Assembly (NCBI RefSeq): GCF_022045235.1
Contig: NW_027266265.1
Coordinates: forward strand, 52,514,001-52,578,000
Reading direction: 5' to 3'
Origin: Haliotis cracherodii
Taxonomy: Eukaryota
Length of the DNA: 64,000 nucleotides
The translations under genes and the position numbers were made by a program. Below are positions 26,528-41,500 of the stretch, piece after piece. Under the pieces are notes generated by a model. The model worked only from the letters and a program-made list of their open reading frames with translations, was not told where the DNA came from and searched no databases. Each line of letters starts with the position of its first letter. Positions within the stretch are counted from its first letter, which is position 1.

Positions 26528-29500
26528 TACAATAAAGAACAAAACGGTAAATCACGTGGCATGTCGAGTAATACGAGTTGAATGTAGTCATGCTCTATGC
26601 CTGTAGAGGTCGGATGGCCTAGTGGTTAATGTGCTGGTTCGTCACGACGAAGACCCGTGTTCGATCCTAAAATTAAGCCCTTTCTCAATGTATCTCGAAA
26701 TATCAGGCCGGGGACACAGGAAATGAGCTTTACATATTGTATCAATGGAGAATCGAAGCCGGCCCTCATGACCCTTTAACCACTAGGCTAACCCACTACC
26801 CGAGTAAGGTTGAGATAAAGAAAATTGAGGGGTCAATCCCGACGTTTAGGCGATGGTGCTATTAATACTGAGACCTATATATCCACGGTGAAGGGATTAC
26901 GCTTTTTGCTGACTTGATTCGTCACGGAAATATTTCCTGGAGGGCTTTAAATAATATGCTACGCCCATGTGTATAATTTGTCAAATCTCACGCTTGAATG
27001 TCGGCAATGATTCATTGCTAGCGCTGGAGATTAAACCGCCGTGTTTGTTAATGAAGGCGCGTTATAGCACACGTGAAAATATCGATTACAAAAAACTAAA
27101 TATGAGTAATAATTTATTGTTAAAGCGAAATGTGAATGAGAAATGCCCGACATCCTGTCTGCATTAGACTGGTTTTTTTCAACTTATTTAGAAAATGTGT
27201 AAGGCTATTTTCCCCAGACTTGAGTTCACGTTTTAACGTAAAACATATGATTGTATTGTGATAATAATTTGCTGTTATGCTTAATATATCAACCGTAGGC
27301 ATGGGCACTTCAGACTACAGATAAAGTGGTAGCTTTCTTACCTTGTTCATTTTCGTAACGCATTTGTTATTTACAGATTCCGAATGATCTATACGTGTAA
27401 TTGTTTACAGTGAACCAAAGGCGTGTATTGATATATACGTGAACGTATACAGAATATTCGATGAACACTCATTACCTTTTGAGTCAACAAAATGGCCGTA
27501 TATGAATCCGGGATCACAACCCCTTCCCCTCCTCAACCCCCGTCACTGACACCCCACCCCCAACCCCCCTGTAACTCACCCCCGCCCCTTCCACAACCCC
27601 ACCCTCCCTCCCTCCCCCAAACACACGCATACACTCACCCCTCTCCTAGTGTTATCGGGTATTACATTCTCGCCAATGTATACATTGAGCCTATTGTGGA
27701 AAATGTGAAGAAAACACATCCGATAAATAATCTACCCGCGCTACCCTCTCTTTAGGTGTTGCAAGGGGTGACGGAGACAATGCACGTCTCGCCTTCCATA
27801 TTTGTGGAACCCGATTTACACTATTGTATATAGATCAGGAGCAATTTCAAACACCCTCGTCACCCTCGTAGTCCCCCACCCCCACCCCCCCCCACCCCCC
27901 CACCCCCACGATTGCACCCGGAGTAATGGGGTTACACGTTGAATTGTTCGCGTCCTTCATGCATATATGCATGAATGTTTCGCTTTCCCCATGCATCTGA
28001 AGAAACAGCCCCGCTTTCAAAGCCTTCTTATCGATCAAAATACCGGACAGGCGTGATCGATTTTTTCATGTTTCCTGTCCTTAAAAGTGTTTTGTTTGTT
28101 GTTTTGTTTGTTGTTTTGAACAACATAATCTCTACCCGTAATGTTTATGCCAACCTACCGCACACAAAGCCAAGCTTGTTCAACTTCACAGCCTGTGCAA
28201 GTATTCCCACATGCCTGTTCCTTTATGCTCATTTCTCAACATAAAATTCACACCAATTCAAACGTTTCAGAATTGTTTTTAATACAGTAATAAAACATGA
28301 TTAATTCTTCAATACGCCCCTTCAGCTCTTACCGTTGCCAGCATCACATATACGATAATTGCTGGTTTAACCTTCGTAACAGAGCTGTTTTAGATACAGT
28401 TCTTGATCTGAAGATTCTAACGTCTTACCATGGGCACGTGTCAGTGCCATTGGGTGGTCTTCGAGGAAGATCGTCTTTTGAGTAGCATAATGATTAGATT
28501 TTGAAAGATGTCTATGTTATTGGTAATTTAAAACCAGTACTGATAATAGTATCTCTGGATGTCCAAATATCCAGAAGTGGCCCTGATGCAGATAGGATAG
28601 GTAGCCACCATGGGATTTCGTGGTGATGATTTTAACGTTGTAAGATGTATTACTTCTAGCATAACGGGGGCACGGGTGGCCCAGTCGTCTAAGGCGCCGT
28701 GATTCACTGTGCAGAGTTGCGTCCCTTGGGTTCGAATCCCGGTTCGCCCCAATTATGTTTCTAGGTTTGTCAGCATCATACCCGTGCTCGTGGGTTTCAC
28801 CGAAGTGGTAAACGTCCGAGACCTGCATCACTTCGGGATTTCCTCCCACATTAAGCTGACACGCCGTGATATAACTGGAATACTGTTAAAAGCGGCGTAA
28901 AACCCAACTCACTCACTCACTCGAGCAGTACATTCGACGTCTTCCCGAGGCAAGGGAGTTAACTGACTATAAAAGTGGAAACTGTTAACGCCCTTGCCTC
29001 GGGAAGATGTACATTCGTTTGCGTTATACCGGTTGTATTTCCTCATAATTGTTAGGATACATTGTCTAAGTTAATCTTACTAGCAGTCATGGACAACGTT
29101 TACAAAGTTATGTCTATACTGAAGTTCTTGCTTTTGTCCTTGGACACACATGTGACATACAGGGCTCCTTGAACATGACAGATAACACGTATAATTGTTT
29201 AAATGTTGTTTCCATCACAGAAACATGTAAAGTCGGTCACTTTGTCACAACTTTAGTGAAAATTCAAGATGGCCATAATTTTAATCAAGATGGCCGCCAA
29301 CCTTCCTTTTAAATAGAACCACTTTTGTTGATAAATCCTAAAAGTGTTTAAGTTACGATTATCTGGGCGTTAATAACACTTTGGAACGGTTCCACGTGTG
29401 TTTATGTTTGAGTTTGCAGTCGATGCCTTTTTTGCAGTACTTTCTTCAGTTCTCTGAAATATTTGTTAATTCCATTAGTACCTTTACACGAGACTTTGGT

Positions 29501-32500
29501 CCTTCATATGAACATCCGGTCTACCAATCTGTGCCTCCTTCCCGTTTCAATCTACACCTCATTACTGGTTGTTTTTCTGTCCACTTAACATTCTCAAGGT
29601 GATAATCCCTCACAAAAACAAAATGTTTATATGTTTGAAGCTGACGTGAGTTAACATGGTCCTGCAAATAGTTTTAATAATTATTACCACATTCTATCTC
29701 AGTATCGGGACCATCTCGACAGAAAGTTAAACTGAAACGTCGCATCATTATAACATCGATGTCAGTACAGGAGACGTTGACTAAAAAACGACCAAAGAAA
29801 TCCATAATCACAAGAAATCTGGAAAAAGCAGGGTCCATTGTACGATACCAACTACATCATCAGCATGTTTTTTTAATTCAAAATTGAATAGTGAGAATCG
29901 CAAAAAGGTGGCAATCTTTACAAACTCATGCAAGGGCAAGTCAATTGTTAGCCTAAAAAAACTGGGACTATATGGAACACGTCAAATTTTGACATGTCAA
30001 ACTTGGAATTTGGAAACTCCCTTAAACAGGACGGTAGTGTTCCCAGTGAAACCGTCCTGCGTAACGAATGATAGATTAAGACTATAGCCCCTTTTCTATA
30101 TAATCTACATTTTGACATTCCGGGCAGTGATCATCCGGAATGCGGATAATGTCCGGTTTAACGAGGTTTTACTGTATTCAAGCTGTGATCCAAAATCTCC
30201 ATACCTGGTGCCGAGGTGGTTATGAAATAGTTTGCAAAGCAAAGCTTGTAGATATAAAACGTCATCGTCAGAGAATTATCACCCTTGATTATCCGAAACA
30301 AATTCTTTATGAATGGGTCACTGAAAATGATTACACACGTGTCAGGAGGAATGTTAACGTTTTATCGCCCGTTAAAAAAATTGCAGTTGCGTACACCGAG
30401 TAATCAAACGTGTACACTAGCTTTAAGTCGCTCAAAAGACATAACAAATAAGACAAGACTGAATTAAATTCAGTTTCACTCCCGCCATGGGGAGTTTATT
30501 GAATTTATATGTCAGTAGCATAACATACAGGGTTTTTAGGTGCTTTGTAGAGGAAATATCACTGGGTTAGTGAGATCTAAGTTCTCAGCAGGTATTCGCG
30601 GTATGTCAGATGGTAGAGACTGCTGAAATGACATGTTTGTTTTAGCAAGTAGAGAGAATACCACGGCCGATGTTCAGACAGTTTGTGACAAGCAGAGATT
30701 CTCTTTCTTTGCCTCTCTGCGCGTGTGCGTTTTACGCCTTAAAGGTGCCTCGGTGATGAGGCGTGGGCTGATGGACTGCTTCTTGCAATCCCGTTATGAC
30801 CTATTTAAGGCGTGGGCACTTATCAGGATTTTGGGCTTTAGAAACTGATTAAGAAGTCAGACTGTTACACGCGTTCGGCTGGCGAAGATACACTTGTCGA
30901 TCCCCTTTAAGGGCATAGCAGGACCTTAAGACTCCAGACTGTCACGCACATTCGGCTAGACAGTTACCAGAATGTTGATCCCCTTTTAAAAAGAATCGCA
31001 CTCCAGAATGTCACATCAACCCCGTTAGAACAATTCCAGACGTGAAGACAGGAGAGCCCCTTTAAGAAGATATATTCATAACGTTATCACTCTTAATAAC
31101 GAATAAAGTAAGCCTCTATCGTCAGTAACGCAGACTCGGTAACACCTTCACAATACACACTGGGAATTCAAATTTAAACAATTAATTCGGGTTTTTTTTC
31201 AGTTGAATAACACAATGTCAATTATAAACACGATAATTAATATTTTTTGTCTCATTAATCTTAACAAAAGGGGGGGAGGTCGGGTAGCCTAGTGGTTAAA
31301 GCGTTCGCTCGTCACGCCGAAGACCTGGGTTCGATTCCCGACATGGGTACAATGTGTGAAGCCCATTTGTGGTGTCCCCCGCCGTGATATTGCTGGAATA
31401 TTGCTAAAAGTGGCGTAAAACCATAATCACTCACTCACTTAACAAAAGGCCGTAAAGCCGAGTGAATTATATTGTAGCCGCGAATGGAATGCAGTGGCTG
31501 TAATATGTTAGACTGCCTCGCCCCGGGCGAGTGTACTTGTGTCATCCAGATAACTTCCTAGAGTCGGATGTTTGTCAGATGCTGCAGAATGTTTACAATA
31601 CCTGCCTTTACAATGAGAATTAATTAGATACCAACGGCACTGTCGTTGATTCATGACAAGGGGCATGCCGTTGCTCTCCAGCGTGTTTTACTGTTATGAC
31701 TACATGGTTACGTTACATAACGGCACATGAAATACGTTTTCTGGAAGTCACCGCACCACCTGTGAAAGCCACTTGAATGTGTTAGAGATGAATGGGCGAG
31801 GAGGTAGGACGCAGATACAATGTTTGATGTATCCAGAAGTAAATATAACATAATGGTTTCTCCTTTGATGCTGTATACTACATTGAACATGTTAATAAAA
31901 CATTTTTATGTGTATCTACGTATTGTCGCATCCCATATTTCTTCATCAGTGTAAATAAGTAAACATTGATTTTTTTTTTTTTTAACGTGAACGATCAACG
32001 GATTCTTGGCAATAGGATTTTTTAAAATGACACCATGCTATGCCTCACAAGTAGAACTGAGAAGCATCACTGTGTAAACATAATTTCGTTGAAGTCACGT
32101 TTATTCAAACACGTTCAAGTGTATCATGCTCTGAAATTTCAATTTCTTTTTTTTTTATTTAAAACTGTGATAAACACTGCAGCTCACGAGGGTCACCTTT
32201 CAAATTTTATTCAAACACAGAATAAGGTTTTTCGAAAACCTCTGACTCGACCCAGGCATGCTGCGCTACGTTCCAGACGCGGTCGGTATTTATGAAGTAG
32301 TCATTAAACCACGTGAGGACTGTGACATGTTTAACTTGCCAAATGTCATGTTGGCCTAGATCACGTGACCGGCATCATTATGGTATTTAAGGCCAATATA
32401 TAACGGTTAAGACTTGCTGAAGACGTGTAATTACAAGTCTTGTGTGCAGTATCTATGTAGTGTTCCAATTCAATATACTCTGCCATTATCCACACAGATA

Positions 32501-35500
32501 TGCTATGTACAAAAGAGCGGACATCCTACCTCTACATATACGTCAATATTAATACAATTATATTAACATGTTGATATTGTTTTCAAATGTTTGTTTGTTG
32601 TTTAACGCCGCACTCAGCAATATTCCAGCTATATGACGGCTGTCTGTAAATATCGAGTCTGGACCAGACAATCCAGTGATTAACATCATGAGCATGGATC
32701 CACGCTATTGGGATAGATGGCATGCATCAACCAAGTCAGCGAGCCTGACCAGCCAATCCCGTTATTCGCCTCTTACGACAAGCATAGTCACCTTTTACGG
32801 CAATCATGGGTTGCTGAAGAACTATTCTACCCCGGAATCTTCACGGGTCTAGAAAATCTATTCTATTTATATGGTGATTTAAGTGCTTCCACACAGAGAA
32901 AGATAACATGTATTAATTTTAAATTGGTCATAATGATTGACCAAGGTCAAGAGAGTTGCTGCTACATATTTTAATAAACGGATGAAATAGCTATTGTCCT
33001 GCATAGCAGCAAAACAGTAAAACAGTAATTAAAAAAAGACATGAGCATGACGTCCACTTATGTATTCATGATGTCCACTTATGTATTCATGACGTCTACT
33101 TATGTATTCATGACGTCTACTTATGTATTCATGACGTCCACTTATGTATTCATGACATAACGTTAACATCAGTTCAACATTTCTTGGTCGAATGTCATCC
33201 ACAAGTACACACCATGTCCTCGAAGACACTATACAAACAATAGGTAACGTTAAGGTCAAATTAAGTTTCCTTGATTCTGTGATGTCCCAACGTCATGTAA
33301 ACAAAGGGTCGTAGAGTGTCGCCCTGGCTCATCCCGGCACGTTCATTGCCAGGTTTGCGGGGTCAGTTGTCCAATGACCGTCAAATATGCTGACCCCTTC
33401 GCAACGCTTGTCACCGAGATGCTAGACTAGCCATTACATGTGATGAAGCTGGTTGGGGAGAGCCAGCTTCGTGTATCTGCATACCGCGTTGTATTCATTC
33501 AGGTGGCGTTGGTATAGAAAATAGAATTGAAACATTCCAGCAGGTGGTTGGACCTGAGTAGATGGAACATAGGCTTGGCGACATGATGCTGCAATGCTGT
33601 GAAGCGATAAAACCACAGCGGGGTTTTAATAGGTTGTATTGTTAATACCAGGGCCTGTTTGTCGCATAGTGTGTGCAGTGCTTGACACTGATACGCATAT
33701 GCATGAAAACACACGTACGCATCTTGTGATGGGGAGTTTAATGCCATCTGCATCTGTTTGTTGATATACGTTAACAGTGCTTGACTATTTCATATAGTTA
33801 CATGTACATATTGTTTTGGAGGGGTTTAATACCATGAGAAATTGTTTGTTGAATTACTTAACAATTACGTTAACAGTGCTTGGTATACATACACATGAAA
33901 ATAGCAGCTTAACTGTCGAGGGAGGAGGTGGGGGGGTCTTAAAATTCCGTGAATATTTTGTTTTTTGCATAAAGTAGCAGAATTTGATTTACATATATTA
34001 TCAAACATGTGCTGATTGAAGTTAAGATTGAAATAAGTGTATTCAGGAACTCCCCGGTGGCGTGCAAGTACTTCGCATATAGATCACTGTCATGTCAATC
34101 ACTGGATTATCTGGTCCAAATTCGATTATTTACAGACCGTCGTCATATAGCTGGAATATTGCTGAGTGCGGCGTTAATCAACAAACAAAACTTCGCATAT
34201 AAAGAAGTTGTTGTTTTCATCCCCAGCAAGCAATTATGGACATTTGATATATATAACGAGTGTGTAAATTAGAGATTAACACAGTGAGTGTGAAAAGGTG
34301 ATTGAGTTTAACGACGCTTTTAACAGTTTTCCATATATTAATGTGGCAGCAAAGCCCACAGTGAATTGTCAAGACCTCCTGTTTGTTGGATTAATAGAGG
34401 TTTTATTTGTCTGTCTGTTTGTTGAACGCTACAATGGGGAATATTCCAGTTATGACAACAGTCAGACAATCCAGTGACTGATATCCGCGCTGTCGGACCG
34501 AGCTCCGGCATCCGATCCGTTTAGTGGGTTCTTGATGACAAAGGGACGGTCGTGTAGCCTAGTGGTTAAAGCGTTCGCTCGTCACGCCGAAGACCCGGGT
34601 TCGATTACCGACATGGGTACAATGTGTGAAGCCCATGTCTGGTGTCCCCCGTCGTGATATTGCTGGAATATTGATAAAAGCGGCGTAACTCACTCACTCA
34701 CTCACTCACTCATGATGACAAAGGTTGCTAGTGGCCTCCTTAAACCGGAGTGCCCACGGAGTATTACATTAACACTGATACCACGCACATGGGTCAATGA
34801 ATTAATATTGTTTTACGTCGCCATCAGCACTATTCCCGTAATATAAACAGGAAATACTAAAAGCGGCGTTAAACCATTAAATACTCACTAGACGCTACCT
34901 AGCAGGGGACGGTCGGGTAGCCTAGTGGTTAAAGCGTTCGCTCGTCATGCCGAGGACCCCGGTTCGATTCCTGACATGGATACAATGTGTGAAGCCCGTC
35001 TCTGGTGTCCCCTGCCGTGATATTGCTGGAATATTGCTAAAAGCGGCGTAAAACCATACTCACTCACTCACACTACCTAGCGGTATCAGTGTTGCAGTGT
35101 AGGACGGCTGGTGAGCTCTGCGCCACTTGGAAACATAACCTTCTCTTCGGAGAAAAGTGCACATGATCTTGCAGCGAAAGAACTCCAAAATATGACATTT
35201 AAACCTTCTCGTTACTTTTGACATTTCCCTTTAAACTTCAAAATAACATCCAAGTAACAGGTTTGAAGTGTTTACACACAAAACAAGCAGAAAGCGTATT
35301 TTTATCTGGGGCACACAATAGACGTTTAATGCAAGGCTTTATGTAAAACCCATTCAAACTCGTGGAAGCTGGTATGGCAATATTTAACTTCTTCAAAAGT
35401 TCACGTTGACATAAGTATTGCTTTCCAGTGTTGTAAGGGGATACCACACAGCTCTGACATAAAATAGTTAACGCTCAATCGGAAGACAAATGGGGCCGGG

Positions 35501-38500
35501 TTGCCCCGCAATAAGTTTTTTGTGCAGAGTTGCGTCCTTTAGTATGCCAGGATCCTATGATGTGGGTTTGAATGCCAGTTTCACCTTGATTATGATCGAC
35601 GGTTTGTCAGCATGATACAAAAAGTCGTGATTTTCACAAAGTGGTAGCTATCTCAACTCTGGCTTTCCCCTCGCATCGAACTGACTCGCAGTGGTGTCGC
35701 TAAAATAATGTTAAAGCGGCGTTAAATCGGCATTAAATCCCAACGACTCACTCAAAAGACGAAACCAAATCAAAACGTTTCGGTTTTTGGAAGATTTGTT
35801 GGTTGGTTGTTTGACGCTGCGATCAGCAATATACCAGCTATATGACGGCTGTAAATAATCGAGTCTGGACCAGACGGGCCAGTGATTGATATCATGAGCA
35901 TTGATCTACATAATTGGGATTGATGACATGCATCAACCAAGTCAGCGATCCCGTTAGTCATCTTCTTCGACAAGCATAGTCGCCACTTACAACAAGCATG
36001 GGTTGTTGAAGACCTATTCTCTTCCCGGATCTTCCCGGGGAGGCTATTTGAAGAAAGTAATGCTAGTTCATATAGTACCATGGGTTGTATTTGTTAAAGT
36101 TAAGCCTCAGTTTAAATATATCTGTATTGAATGTGTGAAGTTTAACGGTTAACCCGATCATCCTGTTCTTATGACTGTACTACTTCCATTCAGTGGTCTG
36201 TCTTACTCGCAAGTTCTGTTTTACACCTCGCTCATATGCCAATCACATGCTCTGGCATCGAGGCTGCGCCGAAATACCACATCGGACATAGTTTACCGTT
36301 ATATTACAGGTGCGCGAGTGCCGTGAAGATCACGATCATATAGAACATACCGACACCTTGTAGCCTTGCATGTACAATCTTCAGGATCCCGCAGACATGC
36401 ATGTGTATTTTGTTTAATACTGAAATAGCAGGTAACAACTATCAGTAATGCAAGCACCGCCAAGTTGTCCTTCAGATCCCGCAGTCAGAATGTCAACTAG
36501 CATTTAGCAATATTAGCATCCTGCTGTCGGCATTGGTTCTGAAAAAAAATGATTATTTCATGTTTTTCATGTTTTTCATGTTTTTGATATATTCAAGTAC
36601 CATTCAATACACGTTGTATCATCTTCGTGAATTACATGCCTGGCATGGCATGGTAAAACATTCGCAGAATCAATGTGATAAAAACTATATTTATATAAAT
36701 GAACGACCAATTCGTTGTGATCATGTTAAATGGTCATACAAGCACAGGTTTTTTGTTGACTGTTGCTTGTTCGGTTTCCATGTCACGGCATGACACCCGT
36801 TTGAGGGCTGGGTAGATTCGGTCCCTAGTAACCAGTGATAGTCGCAACAGTCGCCTAAAATAGGTCGGGATATCCGGCTTGTCTGCTTGTATGTCAGCGT
36901 GACCCGGTGTCGTGACATTGCGCCCCCCCTGGCATGGATCGTTGCTCATACTGTCGGTCACCGGTTTGACTCGATTATATAGACTGTCGTGAAATAGCTT
37001 GAAAATTGCTGACCGTCGCGTTGATAAATATTCACTCACTGAATGTTGTATACGTACTGTTTCCTATGTCTTAAGGACCGCCTCCGTGGTCTAATGGTAG
37101 AGCCTCCGCCCGGAGAGCGGAAGGTCCGGGATTCCATCCCCGGCCGCGTCATACCATGATGTGAAAAGATAGTACTTGTTGTTACCCTGTCTGGCGCTCG
37201 GCATTAAGGGGCTAAAACAAGGACTGGTCGGCTCGGAGTCAGTATACTGTGTCTGAGTGGGGTATTTATGTTAAACTGCGGCATGGTATCTCAGTGAGCT
37301 AGCACTATAAATCGNNNNNNNNNNNNNNNNNNNNNNNNNNNNNNNNNNNNNNNNNNNNNNNNNNNNNNNNNNNNNNNNNNNNNNNNNNNNNNNNNNNNNN
37401 NNNNNNNNNNNNNNNNNNNNNNNNNNNNNNNNNNNNNNNNNNNNNNNNNNNNNNNNNNNNNNNNNNNNNNNNNNNNNNNNNNNNNNNNNNNNNNNNNNNN
37501 NNNNNNNNNNNNNNNNNNNNNNNNNNNNNNNNNNNNNNNNNNNNNNNNNNNNNNNNNNNNNNNNNNNNNNNNNNNNNNNNNNNNNNNNNNNNNNNNNNNN
37601 NNNNNNNNNNNNNNNNNNNNNNNNNNNNNNNNNNNNNNNNNNNNNNNNNNNNNNNNNNNNNNNNNNNNNNNNNNNNNNNNNNNNNNNNNNNNNNNNNNNN
37701 NNNNNNNNNNNNNNNNNNNNNNNNNNNNNNNNNNNNNNNNNNNNNNNNNNNNNNNNNNNNNNNNNNNNNNNNNNNNNNNNNNNNNNNNNNNNNNNNNNNN
37801 NNNNNNNNNNNNNNNNNNNNNNNNNNNNNNNNNNNNNNNNNNNNNNNNNNNNNNNNNNNNNNNNNNNNNNNNNNNNNNNNNNNNNNNNNNNNNNNAGTGC
37901 AATAATCTTGGACGCGACGTTAAACCCCATTTCACCACACCTCCTATGTCGTAATATTGTATTGTTTATTTTTTCTTGCAGCTCCACCAACAATGGCCTC
38001 TGTGTGTACTCCAACCAGGATCGCAACAGACCCGTCAACATTCCAAACCCTCAAGGTCAGACACCTCTCACCCTCATTTACCCAGCCACACCTTGTATGG
38101 CATACCACCAACACGAACATATTAATTAATAAACATCCCCGAAAGCCTTGGGGCAAGTCTGGATTTTTTCACATTCTTTTAGTTTCTGTACATTATGTTA
38201 CAGGACAGGTAACAAAATAATTTCTAAAACTATTTTCATATCATAGAGATGCTGGCCTCACCAAGGTCAAGCTATAGCATTGTGTTGTGTGGGATGCTGT
38301 TTCCGCATCAGGTGCACATATAAAAGGATAAAGCGTCATATTTTTTATTAGTTGGTTGATGGATCTGCCCAACCTAAAAATCAGAAATGGTGAAAAAATC
38401 TGGTTTGACGCTTTTTATTACCGCTTCGTCAGATAATCACAATTATAGAAAAAAAAGCTATCACAAAGTGTTTCGCTGCCTGGCACAAACAATTATACAT

Positions 38501-41500
38501 GCTCAACGATCCGTAAATGATATTCAGAGGTTCATCGCTACTCATACGGGTGGCACTGTATTCATGTAAAATGCTGTAAAAAATAACATTCCTGTCACAT
38601 TTTAATTTCCATAAGGGCAGATAAATATACATTTTGAAACTGTATTGTTTTCTAACCCTACCGGCCCTGAAAACCCCCGATAGTAAAAGGGTTTTCAAAT
38701 TATATATATGTTCATTTTGACAACCGATCAAAAGTTTAAGATGAACTGCGATTTCTTTGAGCCTCGCGCCTATCAGTGGACATGTTACTGTTTCGGCTAT
38801 TTGCTTCGAATCTCGACATGGTGGACTGTCATTTTAATGTCGTGAAACGGGAAAATATATGTCCTAAGACCACATACATATAGTAACATAGTAAAACAGA
38901 CCGTGGCGACATCTTCAGTGTTAGTGCTTTGAAGAGCAAAACTTCATGTAGATTCTCGTCATCTTTGAATAGCGTTTAATCACATGGAGTGGTATAAGTC
39001 TTTGTTTTTTTCACAATATGTTAATATGTTTTATTTCAGCTGTGGTGTTCCAAATGTTCATCCAGAACAGGTACAAACTCAACAAAAAATACCGAAAATG
39101 GCTTGCCTTGTCACAGAACCCGGATGTTGCGGACTCGGGGATCAAGGTCATGCTCAACCAGGCCAAGGTCAGTAAACATGTCATGAAACAGGTCATATTG
39201 TATTTAGTTTCACGCCACTAAAGCAAATTAGAATACCCTTTAATCCCATTTGACCATCCAACACGCACCTTCACACAAACATTCCTTTATCAGTAAAACA
39301 CTAAGTACGTTTGTGATTAACTTGTTGTTTAATGTGTCCTTTTCGTCATATTTTAAATTACACAAAAATGATAGATGAGTCAATAGTACTTACAGATGTG
39401 ACGGCGGCGGTGGTACCCTTTTGGTTTAAGCGCTCGCTCGTCACGCCGAAGACCCGGGTTCGATTCCCCACATGGTTACAAAGCGTGATGCCCATTTCGG
39501 ATGTTCCCAGCCGTGATTTTGGTGGAATATTTCTAAAAGCGGCATAAAACAATACTCATTCCCTAATGGGATTTTGTCAAATAGCAATCCCCGATTTGAT
39601 ACAAATCCACAGGTGTCAGTTTCTCGATCAGTTCGTTAATGTCAAATATGGTCTGAAAAAATTACGAAATGTTATAACAATAGAAATTAAAAATAGCAGC
39701 AAAGTCAATGGAATGTCTTCATGAAATAAAATAAAACGCAAATGAGTGCAGTACACGTTCCAATCTTGAGTGCAGTTGAAATGTGCATCGAACATGCTTG
39801 TTTCCTTTACCTGCACGCATCGTATAAATATAGCTTGTTGTACCTCATCCTCATCCTGCTCGGACATGTTGTCTCTGCAAGCTGTATCCGAGATGTATGT
39901 ATTCGACTTTCTCCTGCCAAGAAATATTTCTCATCAAAGATTTAGCACGTACCTGACCCACGCCCGTATGGGTCTTTACCTGTCGACGTATGTTAATTGG
40001 CCCCATCCCGTCTTTTTGTGTTTATCTTTTGCGTATACTCTCAAAATATTGTAAATTTTTATAGATAGTTTTTGTCTTACTCACTAGAATATTTTGTGTC
40101 AACAAATGTAATGCGTGGCTATTTACGTGTACTCACACTGCATTTTTCTTCCTATTCCATAGACCGCCTCCGTGGTCTAGTGGTAGAGCGTCCGCCCGGA
40201 GAGCGGAAGGTCCGGGGTTTGATCCCCGGACGTTAAAAGATGGTACTTGTTGTTACCCTGTCTGGCGCTCGGCATTAATCTAGTCCAGACTAGTACAAGT
40301 AGCAACACAAACACACACACCTACATGCACGTCGCTATAATAGTGCAATAATCTTGGACGCGACGTTAAACCCCATTTCACCTCACCTCACCTCCTATTC
40401 CATAGTAGCCTCAGGACATCTTAAACAGCAGTTTCTGTGTGTATTAGTGATATCTCACGATTAATAGTTTTATGTATACGTCACTTATAACATGCATTTC
40501 AATTATTTCATTACGTAATGCGTGTATATTATACACATATACATTAGGTCATATAGCAAATGTGCACAAGAGAAGTGATAATTCCTTGTACAGATCGACC
40601 AGTGGTCTAACTGACCGCGATTCGCCTTGAAGAGTAACGCCCCTTAGTCATGCAAGGATTCCCTCTGATTACGACCCTTGGTCCATATTCCGTGCCCGTA
40701 TGTTTCACCAGTCATAAACTTGTGCCACTTGTCTCTCGATCAAGCTGACACGTCGTGATTTAACTGAAATACTGCCCAAAGCGGCGTCAAACAAACTCAC
40801 TCACTCAACGTTAAGAACCTGAACGACCACGGTAGCTTAGGCTCCGATACAGAACATTGACCCCTGGTAAAAGTATGTATCTAGCCCGCTGAGTTTTTGT
40901 TTTACAATGACCCTTAATTGATAACAAAATCTTAAATGAAGGGGTTTGGACATTACGCGCTCAACATGGTGGCATCATTAGAATGAGGTTTAGTTGCTTC
41001 TGTCCTTTACTATGAATGCTTAATTAACCATACTAATGCTAACAAACAAGACGAACATGTCTACGTTATCAACAGATAATACTATTACTGCACGTCATCA
41101 ACTTCAGTGAGCCTGATCCAGTGCGACCTAAATAATAAACCTACTTTCGGAACACCGACTAACCAACACTCATAACGCCAATGCCGTATCATGGTTATAC
41201 TTAATTACATAGTGATGTTATATTCAGAAAACTCATATTCCCAGCTGGTCTATTCATGACTGACATATACCATGCGGAGTATCTCCGGTATCCGTCACTA
41301 TATAACGTCGAGAATGCTTTTATCGTCCTACTTTTCACACGCAATATATTGTAGGTGTATGCTGTTCCACGTACAGGCAATTACGTTCCCCTCGTTATAC
41401 TGATCTGCACAAAAGATAAGATGTATGTGTATGTCACGCCCCATATAAATGAGTTATCTCCCCTTCGACCAACTCTTCCTTACACAAAGGATACAACGTG

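Noticed and set aside
31272-31345. tRNA-Asp(GTC)-like gene (also the family B and D heads)
   Set aside because: The acceptor stem is incomplete, and the head continues into a SINE body and tail with TSDs in many copies; these are SINE heads, not tRNA genes.
37271-38041. 256-aa and 215-aa ORFs
   Set aside because: Artefacts of reading through the N gap.
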